Source of the DNA: a virus
Strand: one strand, 5' to 3'
Length of the DNA stretch: 64,000 nt
IMG/VR virus record: IMGVR_UViG_3300047994_000617
Location: 1-64,000 of that record
Below the pieces are notes generated by a model, which searched no databases, was not told the origin of the DNA, and was given only the letters and a program-made list of their open reading frames with translations. Shown one piece after another: positions 19,709 through 29,351 of the stretch; position 1 is the stretch's first letter; each line of letters begins with the position of its first letter. A program made the position numbers and the translations under genes.

Positions 19709-20199
19709 GCGCGGCCCCGATCGGCATCGAAGGCTGGACCCTCACCTCGCAGGGCTACGTCCGTGGCACCTGGCGGATCTACGCGGAGACGAGGCGGTGG
19801 TTCGCGGCCTGGCGGTCCGACGTCGAGCACAGGATGCCCCGCTTCTTCGAGTCGCCCGAGGCGGCGGTGACCTTCCTGACAAGCGCCGGCGACGCTGAGA
19901 CCGAGGACGAAGCGGTGGAGGTGATGACCCTCCGGCAGCAGCGAACGCTCGACCTCCTGGAAGAGGCGCTCGCTGCCAAGCGACGCCTGGACACCTCCGC
20001 CGACACGGAGAAGGCGTCCGCCCTCGGCGACGCGCTGGACGCGAGACGCCGCTGGCTGGCAGCGGTCGACGAGGAGATCGCGGCAACGGAGGTGTGGTGC
20101 TTCATGTGGGAGGCGGCCCGCGCAGCGTCGCCCAGGGAGCGTGAGATCGCCGCCCTCAAGGCGCTGGGCTCGTCCTCCGCAACCCCGGGGAGCGTCTGA
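19705..20199 (+). CDS. Hypothetical protein
   Basis: GTGA coupling. Confidence 0.6.
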   Translation: MSAAPIGIEGWTLTSQGYVRGTWRIYAETRRWFAAWRSDVEHRMPRFFESPEAAVTFLTSAGDAETEDEAVEVMTLRQQRTLDLLEEALAAKRRLDTSADTEKASALGDALDARRRWLAAVDEEIAATEVWCFMWEAARAASPREREIAALKALGSSSATPGSV

Positions 20200-20202
20200 G
20201 CG

Positions 20203-20460
20203 ATGCGCCGCCAGTACCCCCGGGCCCAGGTCCCCGTCGACCACGGCGAAGATGCGGCCGTCGGGCTGTTCGAGCCGGTGCCGTCGGCCGCCACTGCCGC
20301 CTCTCCGCGTCCCGCGCCTCCGCCTCCGGCGCCGTCGGCGCCCACGGACACCGACGCCGGTCCGCAGGTCCCTGACGAGCGGATGACCCCGCACGATCGG
20401 ATGGCCCGGATGCTCGGCTCCCGCACGTGGGGCGCGGCTCCGGATCGGGGCACCCGATGA
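20203..20460 (+). CDS. Hypothetical protein
   Basis: RBS plus ATG. Confidence 0.5.
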   Translation: MRRQYPRAQVPVDHGEDAAVGLFEPVPSAATAASPRPAPPPPAPSAPTDTDAGPQVPDERMTPHDRMARMLGSRTWGAAPDRGTR

Positions 20461-20750
20461 TCGGCACGCTCGTGGTCATGGCGCTGCTCTGCGGCCTGTC
20501 GGGCTTCGTCTATCGGCGGTACTGGGCTCCGGGATCGCCTCGGGCGCCCGCGCCGTTCGTGCTCGACCCGATGCTCGTCCACGTCCGGGTGCAGCTCGAC
20601 GTCGGCGCCCGCGGCGCGTTCATCGTGATCGTCAACGGCCATCCGGTCGCCGCCATCTCGGCGGACGCCAGCCGGGGCCTCGCGCGCACCGTGCTGGAGA
20701 GGCAAGGCGCGGAGGCCCTCATCTCCGCGCCCCTCCGGAGGGCCTCCTGA
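20457..20750 (+). CDS. Hypothetical membrane-anchored protein
   Basis: N-terminal TM; ATGA coupling. Confidence 0.6.
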   Translation: MIGTLVVMALLCGLSGFVYRRYWAPGSPRAPAPFVLDPMLVHVRVQLDVGARGAFIVIVNGHPVAAISADASRGLARTVLERQGAEALISAPLRRAS

Positions 20751-21466
20751 TGGACCTTCGCGCCCTCGTCGACCAGGCCGCCGGCCAGCTCGGCTACCGC
20801 GGCTCGCTCTCGGGCCGGATGCTCGGCCAGGTCCGCTACCGCATCCACGATGCTGGGCGCCGCGGCGCCTACGCGCTCCGGGACCTCGCCGACCGGTTCG
20901 ATCCCTCCGAGGTGCTCTCGGCCCGCGCCTACGAGGCCGGCTACCGGGTGGCGGCGGACGAGATCACCCAGGGGATCGCCTGCCACGTCTACGCCAAAGA
21001 GCGCGGTCTCTACCCTGGCGATCAGGATCAGCGGGTCGCGTGGAGCCGGGGGTACGACGCGGCGATCTGTGCCCACCGGCTCGGGCTCAACGTCGCCGAG
21101 CTGGTGCGCGGCGGCATGCTCCCGGAGAGCCTGGTCACGCCCCACGGCATCCTCGAGCAGCTCGACGCCGGGAAGACGATCCGGCCGGACCCTCGGCAAA
21201 GGCATTCGGTCTCGGCGCCCGAGTGGCAGCGGATGGGCATGCCGACCGTGGGCGTCCGGGCGGTCCGCTGGCAGTTCTCGGTGGTCCCGCTCGGCGCCGA
21301 GGTCCGCGTGGTGTTCCCCGGGCTGGAAGGCGCCGCCTCGGCGCGGGTGGCCGGCTACGACGCGCCTGAGGGGCGCGAGCCCCTGGTGCTCACGGACCGG
21401 TTCGGGGCGGTGCCGGCGAGCATGGTCTGGGCGCGAGCCCAGGCTGCGGAAGGGGGCGCACCGTGA
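20750..21466 (+). CDS. Hypothetical protein
   Basis: TGATG coupling. Confidence 0.65.
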   Translation: MDLRALVDQAAGQLGYRGSLSGRMLGQVRYRIHDAGRRGAYALRDLADRFDPSEVLSARAYEAGYRVAADEITQGIACHVYAKERGLYPGDQDQRVAWSRGYDAAICAHRLGLNVAELVRGGMLPESLVTPHGILEQLDAGKTIRPDPRQRHSVSAPEWQRMGMPTVGVRAVRWQFSVVPLGAEVRVVFPGLEGAASARVAGYDAPEGREPLVLTDRFGAVPASMVWARAQAAEGGAP

Positions 21467-21918
21467 TCCCGAACCTCTACGACCTCTCCCACGGGCGAGC
21501 CGGTCTCGACCAGGCGGCATGCATGCGCCGAGGCGCCGCCCGCACACGAGGCGAGCGCCGCGAGGGATGGGAAGAGATGGCGGACGGCACCGAACGGAGC
21601 GCGGACGTCCTCGAGGCGCAAGCGCGGGCCGAGTTGCTCCCCGCGGAGCTGATCGTCGGTGTCTGGCTCCTCGACTCGGACGCCCTGGCGGCCGAGGATC
21701 GATGCGCCCGCGGCGATCTCGTGGAGGTCCTCGTGGGGGCCGCGGCTTGGTCGTTGTCGACGAGTGAGCCGCCGCGCGGCATGCGCGCCAAGGTCGTCGC
21801 CATCCACGAGGTCGGCCGCTACCCGGGCCAACAGGTGGTCTCGATCGCCGGCGAGTACGGCGGCTACACCGTGGGTCGCTGCGCGCTGCGGAAGCTGGCC
21901 ACGGAAGGTGCCTCGTGA
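21463..21918 (+). CDS. Hypothetical protein
   Basis: GTGA coupling. Confidence 0.55.
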   Translation: MIPNLYDLSHGRAGLDQAACMRRGAARTRGERREGWEEMADGTERSADVLEAQARAELLPAELIVGVWLLDSDALAAEDRCARGDLVEVLVGAAAWSLSTSEPPRGMRAKVVAIHEVGRYPGQQVVSIAGEYGGYTVGRCALRKLATEGAS

Positions 21919-22664
21919 TGCGTGTCACGATCGGCGAGCTGCTCGGGGTCACCACGGCCGAGGAAGGCGAGCGCCTCGAGCACGAGGCGAGCATGAGGCG
22001 CTGGGAGCAGGAGCATGCCGCCGACATCGCTGACCGCAACGCCCGGCTCGCCGATGCCAGGGCGCGCTTCGGTCTCGCTCCCGCCGCGGCTCCTGCTGTG
22101 CCCGTGCCCCATGTCCTCACCCTGGCGGAGCTCCACGCGGCGCCCTGGGCGTCATGCGGCCCAGCCTCCCTCGCCGCGCTCCTCGGCCGCTCGCTGGCTG
22201 AGATCCACCGCGCCTTCCCGGATAAGCCCGCGGGCCAGACGTGGACGAGCCACGGTCAAATGTGCGACGCGATCGAGGCGACGTTCGGGCGCCGGCGCTG
22301 CTGGCGGCCGACGGGGTTCGATCCCCGCGAGGGGCTGCCCGCGAATCGCGCGTGGCCTGTCCGCGGCCTGGTGCTCGTCCAGTTCCGCGGCTCCTGGGAC
22401 GCCCTGCCTGAGGGCCACTCCGCGCCGTTGCAGCGGAGCCACTGGATCGCGGTGAAGCCGCACCCGACGCTGGCCGGCGTCCCGCTCATCTTCGACATCA
22501 ACGCGATCGACGACGGGCCGCCCATGTCGCTGGCGTGGTGGCAGCCGCTGGAATCGTGGCACGCCATCATCCGCCCCGAGATCGCAAAGAGCTACGAGCC
22601 GAAGGCCACAGGGGAGTGGTGGGTGCGGGCGGGGATCGAAGTGCTCGACGGAGGCGCGCGATGA
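21915..22664 (+). CDS. Papain-like (C39-like) cysteine peptidase-fold protein
   Basis: SCGPASLAALL..SHWIAV..IFDINA gives a Cys-His-Asp order. Confidence 0.55.
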   Translation: MMRVTIGELLGVTTAEEGERLEHEASMRRWEQEHAADIADRNARLADARARFGLAPAAAPAVPVPHVLTLAELHAAPWASCGPASLAALLGRSLAEIHRAFPDKPAGQTWTSHGQMCDAIEATFGRRRCWRPTGFDPREGLPANRAWPVRGLVLVQFRGSWDALPEGHSAPLQRSHWIAVKPHPTLAGVPLIFDINAIDDGPPMSLAWWQPLESWHAIIRPEIAKSYEPKATGEWWVRAGIEVLDGGAR

Positions 22665-23002
22665 GGCGCATCGGAGGGTACAAGGGCCGCCCCGCGTGGC
22701 GTTGTGGGCATTGCCACCGCACCGTGACCGACGGGGAGGTCTCCAGCCATCGCCCGAACTGCGTCGCGCAGCCGCCGGTGCCCTGGAGAGTTCCCGAGCC
22801 CGCGAGGGCGCCGCGACGCGTTCCGACGTCCTGCGACGGCAGGGTCTCGTCGGCGCGTGAGCAACCCACGCCTCTCGCTGGGCTTGCGCTCGGGTGCCGG
22901 CGGTGTCGGCTCCGCCGGTGCTGGCGGGTGAGCCGGGACGAGCTCCGCGCGACCATCGAGGCAGAGCGGGCGGCGGCGCGCACGGAACGGAGGGCCGCCT
23001 GA
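22661..23002 (+). CDS. Cys/Arg-rich hypothetical protein
   Basis: CGHC, CRRC; ATGA coupling. Confidence 0.55.
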   Translation: MRRIGGYKGRPAWRCGHCHRTVTDGEVSSHRPNCVAQPPVPWRVPEPARAPRRVPTSCDGRVSSAREQPTPLAGLALGCRRCRLRRCWRVSRDELRATIEAERAAARTERRAA

Positions 23003-23511
23003 TGGGCAAGCCTACCCGCGCCGCCCTCTTCGCGATCGCGAATACCGTTCCGCTCTCGGCCGCAGAGCACCGCGGAGACGACCCGCTCAACGGGACCTGC
23101 AACGTCTGCGGGGCGCCCGCTCCGCAGCTCAAGCTCTACTGGGAGCACGACGAGCACGACCGTCCCCGGGGGCGAGCCTTCGTCGTGTACGTCGGCGTCG
23201 GGCCCGACCACAAGCGGTGTGAGAAGGCCGTGGAGGATCACCCGCGGCTCTACGAGGTCCATCCGGGCCTCCCCGGGTGCTTCCCTCTGCTCTGCGGGCC
23301 GTGTTCCTACCGGCGCGGGCTCAACTGCACCCACCGGGATCTGAAGGCCAACGGCGGCGGGGGGCTGGTGGTCACGATGCCCGGGCCTCGCGGGATCATG
23401 TGCACCCGAGACGGGTGCATCAACCTCAACCACTTGCGGGTCGCGACGGTGTGCAAGGGGCGCAGGACCCTCCGCGTTGTCGCCGATCCGCAGCAAGGGA
23501 GCGCAGCGTGA
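23002..23511 (+). CDS. Cys-rich hypothetical protein
   Basis: TGATG coupling; multiple Cys pairs. Confidence 0.65.
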   Translation: MGKPTRAALFAIANTVPLSAAEHRGDDPLNGTCNVCGAPAPQLKLYWEHDEHDRPRGRAFVVYVGVGPDHKRCEKAVEDHPRLYEVHPGLPGCFPLLCGPCSYRRGLNCTHRDLKANGGGGLVVTMPGPRGIMCTRDGCINLNHLRVATVCKGRRTLRVVADPQQGSAA

Positions 23512-26500
23512 AGGGATCGAAGGATCTGGACGGGAAGCGCGTCCGCCTCTTGCGGGACGCGCAGACCAAGGGCCGCGTCAAGTTCAAGGCCGGGGACGAG
23601 GGCCGCTTCACCAAGCTCGGCACCGTCAGGTGCGAGTTCAAGACGGACGATGGCCGCACGATCGATGCCGGCCACATGGATCGCAGCGACTTCGCCCTCG
23701 TGGCGACGAAGAAGAAGAAGAGGCCCGGGAGGATCGAGCATGTCGACGACGAGCGTGACCAAGTGCGACGCGGCGGAGTGCGGAAAGGTGGAGCCGGAGA
23801 CCGGCCCGTTCTTCCACTTCGTGATCCCCTGCAACCTGCTCAACCACCCGCGCCTGAGCGATCACCGGCACGCGTGCAGCCTCGCCTGCCTGGAGACAGT
23901 GCTGCGGGCCTTCGCGGACGAGGTGCATGCGACGGTGGCGGCGATCCCGCCGCCGCCCGCTCCGGTGCCCCCGGTGCCGGCGACGCCACCGGCCGGACGC
24001 CCAAAGCGCCGGTTCGCGGGCGACCCGCCAGACTGAGGCCGCCCGCCGGTCCCTCGGTCGCCCAGGTCGTCAAGGTGTTCGTCGACTGCCTCTCGGACGG
24101 TCGCCCCTGGCCGATCCTCGCCTTGGAGATCGAGCTGCGCGAGCGCCTCTCGCCGCCGCTCTCCTGGGACGGGCTGGAGGTGATGCGCGCCGCCGCCCTC
24201 CAGCTCGTGGAGCACGGGAAGGCGACCCGGGAAGGCCAGGTGATCACGGCTGCGACACCTAGGGCCGACCGAGACCACCCGAAGGACACGAAGGGAGCAG
24301 GCGACCATGCAGAAGACCGAACCGCAGGCGCCGACCGAGGCCGATCTCGTGCGAGAGACCAGGGCAACGATCCTGGCCTACCGGAGGATCGCACGGCTCC
24401 CCGAGGTCGTGGAGGCCGTAGACGCGATTCTGCAACGGGATTGGGAGACGTGCGACGCCCTGCTCGAAGCGTTCGCCCCGTGGATGGATCGCGAGAGTCG
24501 GTGGCGGGAGATGCTCGAGCGCATCGCGCCGACGCCGCCCTGGGCGCCTCGCCGGTAGCGATCCTCGCCTCCCTCCCCCAGCACCCTCCGGGCTACGACG
24601 CCCACTCGCGCAAGAAGCTCGCCGAGCTACGGATGACGCCCCCGACGCCCCGGGACGTCCTGGCGGCGCTGAAGGACAAGCCGAGCGACGTCCGCCCCCT
24701 GACCAGCCGCTGGCGCTCCGCGCTCGGGGGCGCCGGCTGGGTGCTGGTGACGGTCCGGGCCCTCCTGGAGGGGGGGCTTGTGGTCCGGGGAGCCGGGAAG
24801 GTCTACAGGCCCTCCAAGGCCGGCCTGGCGGCCCTAGGCGCGCCCGCGACGGTTCGCGTCGAGCCCCAGGCCGCTCCCGACGCGCCGGCGCCTCAAGCGC
24901 CGACGACGGGCGAGCTGCCTCCGCTCACCCCCGCCGCGTTGCGCGTCCTCGTCGAGCTCGTGCAGAGTCCCGTCCCTCGCCAGGAGGTCAACCCCGGCAT
25001 CGTGGACCGCCTGACGCGCGGGGATCTCGTCGAAGAGATCGATCTCCCGAGCCCGTACAAGATGGTCAAGGGGAGGGTTCCGCACCTGAGCATCACGCCA
25101 ACGGGGCGTGCGGAGCTCACGGAAGCCTACGCGCGAGGCTTCGAGCGTGGGGGCTTCAGCCGCAGCTCGCCGTCCGTGGCGCGCGCCGTGGCGGAGATCG
25201 CGACCACGCCCCCTCGGCCCGATGAGAAGACCCAGGACGCCCTCGCCGAGCGGATCGTCCACTACCTCGAGCCGGGGCCCGCGCCCGGCTTGGACATCCT
25301 CGGCGACCTCTCCGACGGGGATCCCGTCGCCTGGGCCCACGTGGAGTTCGTGCTCCGCCAACTCGTCCGCACGGGGAGGATCTCCTACGACGAGAAGGAC
25401 GTCTACGCCGTGATCCCGGCCCCAGGGGAGGCCGCGGCTTCCGCGCCGGTCGACCCCGCGTTGCCGGCGCCCACCATGGACCGCGTCGACGCGCGCGTCG
25501 CCGAGGGGACCCGCTGTCTCTCCCTCGTCAACCCTTTCGAGGGCCTCCCTCCGGTCCCAGCGATCTACGGCGAGGGCCCCGCCCACGCCGATCTCTTCGC
25601 CCGCCTGGCCCAGGGCCCCGCGACGCATCTGGTCCTCTGCAAGGCATGGCCTGGCCAGGGCGGAGCGATCTCCGAGGCGCTCGCCATCCTCGCCGACGCC
25701 GGCCTCGTGCGGACGCGGAAGGGGACGAAGGACTGGGCGCTCACCGAGATCGGGGTCCGCCTCGCCTCGCGCCTGGCGAGAGAGGGCGCACCGGCGAAGG
25801 GAAAGAGGCGCGGAGGGGAGATCGACACCCTCAAGGACCAGATCCGGGCCGAGCTCGCCGCGGGGACCGTCGAGATTCCCCAGCGGCTCCTCGGGATGCC
25901 GCGCGACGCCTCGGCCCTCTTCTCCCTCGCCCTCAATGCGCTCGTCATGGGCGGCGAGGCGTATGGCTCGTGCGACACGGGGGACGGGCTGACCTACCGC
26001 CTCCACCATAGAGAGGGAGCCGACCATGCGCGTCACGAGGGGGGATCTGGCCTCGGCAGCGGAGGAGGGGCGGCAGACGCCGCGGCGGAAGTCCGCACGG
26101 CTCTCGCCGGTGACGAGGAAGCCGACGCGACCCCCTCCGACGCTGGCTCGGCGGATCCTTCACCGGCGCCTGCTGCGCCCGCGCTCCCGTCGCCGGGGCT
26201 CCCCACCTGGTACAACGAGGCCGCCTGCCGTTGGGAGCCCCGTTACGAGGTCATCTGCGGCTGCGGATTCGTGAGCCGGTGCGATCCCCTCCCCGAGCTG
26301 ATCGAGGCTCTGGAGGGGGCAGGGTGCCCGGCCTGCAGGGTGGTGTGGCGAAGGGCGGTGAGGGCGACGCCAGCGGCGGAGATCCATCAGGAGGAGGCTG
26401 CTCGTGAACAAGGCAAAGAAGGCCGCCAAGCAGATCGTCAGGGCCGCGCAGCGCAAGGCGGCGCGCAAGGCGCGAACGCTGATCCACCTCAGAGCCCGGG

Positions 26501-27905
26501 ACCTGAAGGGGCAGCCGAGCCTCTGCCCCGAGCCCGGACAGTCGCCGATTCCGAGGCCGTGGACCATGCGGGGCCCGTCGTAGCGGAGGCGGAACTGGTC
26601 GATGACCGAAGCAAGCAAGACGCGACGGAGCGGGGGCCCCTGGAAGATCCCGAGCGGATCCACGTGGATGTCCTGGAAGCGCCCTCGCCGGCTAGTGCGG
26701 GCGAAGGACTCCACGATCTCGACGCGGGTCGGGGTGGGCGGCCGGACGCACCGGCGCCGTCGCCGTCGACGGCCCCGCAAGCCTTCGCCCTCTGCGCGCC
26801 TCCGCTCCGTCTCGTTCCCATGCTCGAGCCCGGCGTGCCGTCGCGCGACCCCAGCGACGACGACCCTGGCGCCCGAGGCGGTCCGGATTCAGAGGCGCCC
26901 CTCCTTGATGACGACGCGCCCATCGATCCGGAGATGCCGGCGTCCCCGCCCCCGCCACCCTCCTACACCCGACCGACGCCGATCCCCGGAGTGGCCGAGG
27001 CAAGCCTCCCGGATCCCCTGGCCGTGCTCACCGGCGAGCAGGTCCTCGACGAGGAGATCGCGCTCCTTCCCGCGGACGCCCGCGCGGTGAGCCTGGGCGT
27101 CGACGCCGATGCCCATTTCGACGTGTCGGGGATCCCGCGCAACACAGCCACGGTCTACTCGCAACGATGGCGGCTCTTCGTCGCGTGGTGCGCCGCGAAC
27201 GGGCTTCGCGCGCGGCCCGTTCACCCGGAGACCCATCGCCTGTACCTCCTCTCGCTCGCGAGCGCGGGCAAGAGCCCCTCGACCATCGAGGTGAGCCACG
27301 CCGCCATCGGGATGGCCCATCGGAAGTCAGGGATCCCCTACGCCGGCTCGGAAAAACTGCGGAGGGTGGTCGCTGCCCTCCGCCACTCGCTGGGATCGCG
27401 GGCCCAAGGCGAACCCATCGACCTCGAAGTGCTCGGGCGGATCTCTCGGGCCTGCCGGGGCGACATCCTCGCGGTCCGCGATCGGGCCCTGCTCCTGACG
27501 GTCTACTTCGCCCGCCTCCAACGGCCCGACGCGGTGCAGCTCACGCGAGGACACCTCGAGCGGCACGGGTCCACGTTCCTGGTCCGGCTCGACGCGCGCG
27601 ACGTGCGGATGCTGCGCACCGGCCAGGACGAGGACCTCTGCCCGGTGAGGGCGCTCGACGCCTGGCTCGCCGAGCGTGTCCAGTGCCGACTCCCCGAGCG
27701 CACCGGACCGCTTTTTGTCGGCCTGCATCGTGGGCGTCGGCGTCCCGTCCGGGCGGGCAAACCGCTCACGCCGAAGGACATCGACCGCGTGCTCCACCGT
27801 CGGCTGATCAAGGCCGGGCTGAAGGCGGACGCCTTCGCATCGCTCGACCTTCGGGCGACATTGCTGGTGGACCCAAAGCCGCGCGCGCAGGGGGAGGCCC
27901 GCTGA
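23508..27905 (+). CDS. ~1465-aa multidomain protein: winged-helix-like segments plus a C-terminal degenerate Cre-like recombinase
   Basis: NTATVYSQRWRLFVAWC, KSPSTIE, RDRALLL, CPVRALDAWL, GPLF, FASLDLRA. Confidence 0.7.
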   Translation: MKGSKDLDGKRVRLLRDAQTKGRVKFKAGDEGRFTKLGTVRCEFKTDDGRTIDAGHMDRSDFALVATKKKKRPGRIEHVDDERDQVRRGGVRKGGAGDRPVLPLRDPLQPAQPPAPERSPARVQPRLPGDSAAGLRGRGACDGGGDPAAARSGAPGAGDATGRTPKAPVRGRPARLRPPAGPSVAQVVKVFVDCLSDGRPWPILALEIELRERLSPPLSWDGLEVMRAAALQLVEHGKATREGQVITAATPRADRDHPKDTKGAGDHAEDRTAGADRGRSRARDQGNDPGLPEDRTAPRGRGGRRRDSATGLGDVRRPARSVRPVDGSRESVAGDARAHRADAALGASPVAILASLPQHPPGYDAHSRKKLAELRMTPPTPRDVLAALKDKPSDVRPLTSRWRSALGGAGWVLVTVRALLEGGLVVRGAGKVYRPSKAGLAALGAPATVRVEPQAAPDAPAPQAPTTGELPPLTPAALRVLVELVQSPVPRQEVNPGIVDRLTRGDLVEEIDLPSPYKMVKGRVPHLSITPTGRAELTEAYARGFERGGFSRSSPSVARAVAEIATTPPRPDEKTQDALAERIVHYLEPGPAPGLDILGDLSDGDPVAWAHVEFVLRQLVRTGRISYDEKDVYAVIPAPGEAAASAPVDPALPAPTMDRVDARVAEGTRCLSLVNPFEGLPPVPAIYGEGPAHADLFARLAQGPATHLVLCKAWPGQGGAISEALAILADAGLVRTRKGTKDWALTEIGVRLASRLAREGAPAKGKRRGGEIDTLKDQIRAELAAGTVEIPQRLLGMPRDASALFSLALNALVMGGEAYGSCDTGDGLTYRLHHREGADHARHEGGSGLGSGGGAADAAAEVRTALAGDEEADATPSDAGSADPSPAPAAPALPSPGLPTWYNEAACRWEPRYEVICGCGFVSRCDPLPELIEALEGAGCPACRVVWRRAVRATPAAEIHQEEAAREQGKEGRQADRQGRAAQGGAQGANADPPQSPGPEGAAEPLPRARTVADSEAVDHAGPVVAEAELVDDRSKQDATERGPLEDPERIHVDVLEAPSPASAGEGLHDLDAGRGGRPDAPAPSPSTAPQAFALCAPPLRLVPMLEPGVPSRDPSDDDPGARGGPDSEAPLLDDDAPIDPEMPASPPPPPSYTRPTPIPGVAEASLPDPLAVLTGEQVLDEEIALLPADARAVSLGVDADAHFDVSGIPRNTATVYSQRWRLFVAWCAANGLRARPVHPETHRLYLLSLASAGKSPSTIEVSHAAIGMAHRKSGIPYAGSEKLRRVVAALRHSLGSRAQGEPIDLEVLGRISRACRGDILAVRDRALLLTVYFARLQRPDAVQLTRGHLERHGSTFLVRLDARDVRMLRTGQDEDLCPVRALDAWLAERVQCRLPERTGPLFVGLHRGRRRPVRAGKPLTPKDIDRVLHRRLIKAGLKADAFASLDLRATLLVDPKPRAQGEAR
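23740..24036 (+). CDS. Nested +1-frame Zn-finger-like protein
   Basis: GGAGG RBS; CDAAECGK..HACSLAC; codon bias favours this frame. Confidence 0.6.
   Translation: MSTTSVTKCDAAECGKVEPETGPFFHFVIPCNLLNHPRLSDHRHACSLACLETVLRAFADEVHATVAAIPPPPAPVPPVPATPPAGRPKRRFAGDPPD
24307..24558 (+). CDS. Nested +1-frame helical protein
   Basis: GGGAG RBS; codon bias favours this frame. Confidence 0.55.
   Translation: MQKTEPQAPTEADLVRETRATILAYRRIARLPEVVEAVDAILQRDWETCDALLEAFAPWMDRESRWREMLERIAPTPPWAPRR
26404..26583 (+). CDS. Nested +1-frame basic protein (MNKAKKAAKQIVRAAQRKAARKAR)
   Basis: GGAGG RBS plus GTG; TAG at 26581. Confidence 0.5.
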   Translation: MNKAKKAAKQIVRAAQRKAARKARTLIHLRARDLKGQPSLCPEPGQSPIPRPWTMRGPS

Positions 27906-28138
27906 TGGCCTCGTGGTACCACACCGAGGTCGAATGGACGGCAGATGTGTCGTCGGAGCGGGCGTGCGAGGCGCTCGCGGACCTGTCGGGGCGGCGCCTC
28001 GACGTCTTCGAGCCGGCCGCCGGTTTCTCGCGCCGATTTTCTAGGTTCTTGCCGCCCCCGCCGGCGCCCTGGGTCAACGACTCGCGGCGTCGCAACGCCG
28101 GCCAGAAGGCGTGCCAGAGAGAGGAGGCTCGGGCGTGA
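27905..28138 (+). CDS. Hypothetical protein
   Basis: TGATG coupling. Confidence 0.5.
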   Translation: MASWYHTEVEWTADVSSERACEALADLSGRRLDVFEPAAGFSRRFSRFLPPPPAPWVNDSRRRNAGQKACQREEARA

Positions 28139-28374
28139 ACGAGGACGACAAGATCAGCCGGCTTCTCCGCGAACTGCGCTCCGAGGGCGCGGATGTGGCC
28201 ATGGCAGCCGAGGCGCTCCTGAAGACGGCGGAGGACCGGGGACAAGAAACCCTCTTCGAGAGCGAAGCCGTGCGAGGCCTTGAGGACGCACTCGCGGTCT
28301 ACCGCCTCAAGGCGGCCGAGGGCGCCGCGATGATCGAGCGGGCCGAGGCCAAGATGGAGGTGCGCTGTGGGTGA
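28135..28374 (+). CDS. Hypothetical protein
   Basis: GTGA coupling. Confidence 0.6.
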   Translation: MNEDDKISRLLRELRSEGADVAMAAEALLKTAEDRGQETLFESEAVRGLEDALAVYRLKAAEGAAMIERAEAKMEVRCG

Positions 28375-28690
28375 TCGGAGCATGAGACCCCTCCCCGGTA
28401 TGGCAGCGGCGCTCGCCGCGCTCGGTGTCCTGCCGCCGCTGCCGGAGCCGCGCCCTGCGCCGACCCCCGAGTCTCCGGAGCCGTTCGAGCTGCCGAGGCT
28501 GCCCCGCGAGGCGTTCGGCAAGTACGAGACCGCGCTGGAGCTCGGGAGCCGGTTCGAGGACCGAGCGAGCTTGCCGGATGCCGCCGAAGAGCGAGAGCCC
28601 GCAGAGCGCGAGCGGAGGCGCCCGCTCGCCGAGCGGAAGGAGCGACGCAGGAAGCGCGCGGAGAAGTCCAAGGCGAGGAGGCGACCGTGA
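28367..28690 (+). CDS. Hypothetical protein with a basic tail
   Basis: GGAGG RBS. Confidence 0.55.
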   Translation: MGDRSMRPLPGMAAALAALGVLPPLPEPRPAPTPESPEPFELPRLPREAFGKYETALELGSRFEDRASLPDAAEEREPAERERRRPLAERKERRRKRAEKSKARRRP

Positions 28691-28860
28691 GCGACGAGGA
28701 CCTCGACACGCCGATTGGCGACCCCGGCGACTCCATCACGCTCCGCGAGGTGATCGCCCTCAGTGACGAGCTCGCCGCCCACCCGGACAGGAACCCCGTC
28801 ACCCTCGTGTGGCACGGAGAGCCCGATGGCGAGCCCGGCGCGGGAGGAGGTGCCCGATGA
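28687..28860 (+). CDS. Small acidic protein (57 aa, not in the ORF track)
   Basis: GTGA and ATGA overlaps on both sides. Confidence 0.55.
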   Translation: MSDEDLDTPIGDPGDSITLREVIALSDELAAHPDRNPVTLVWHGEPDGEPGAGGGAR

Positions 28861-29351
28861 AGGGGATCGCCACGACGGCCAGGCTCCACGTGAAGGCGGG
28901 TGCCTACTACCGCGTCGACACCATGGTGCCCGCGCCGGCCGGAATGCGCGCCGTGTTCTATCACGAGAGCGTGGCCTGGGAGGCTCCCGTGCTGGCCCTG
29001 GGCACGGGACGTCGACAGATCGACGAGGACGGCCAGCTCGTCTTCTGCGACGAGAGCGACCCGCTCGGCTTCTTCCTCGACGGCGATGGCGCGCTTCAGA
29101 TCGTCGAGGGGGAAGATCCGGACCAGAGCGGGTGTTTCGTCGGCTACCGCTTCGCGCAGGAGGGGTCGCTGGAGGCGTGGATCGAGGAGCACGCCGAAAC
29201 GGGATCGGTACCCGAGACCGGGCGGAGCGAGGCCCAGAAGGCGGCGATGGAGCGTGTCCGCCTCGCCGACGCTGAACTGCGGGCTGCTCACGCGGCCTTC
29301 GCGGTGGCGGCGGGATGGGCCGAGGCCCCCGCGGGAGAGGGAGGGACCTGA
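28857..29351 (+). CDS. Hypothetical protein
   Basis: GGAGG RBS, ATGA coupling. Confidence 0.65.
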   Translation: MKGIATTARLHVKAGAYYRVDTMVPAPAGMRAVFYHESVAWEAPVLALGTGRRQIDEDGQLVFCDESDPLGFFLDGDGALQIVEGEDPDQSGCFVGYRFAQEGSLEAWIEEHAETGSVPETGRSEAQKAAMERVRLADAELRAAHAAFAVAAGWAEAPAGEGGT

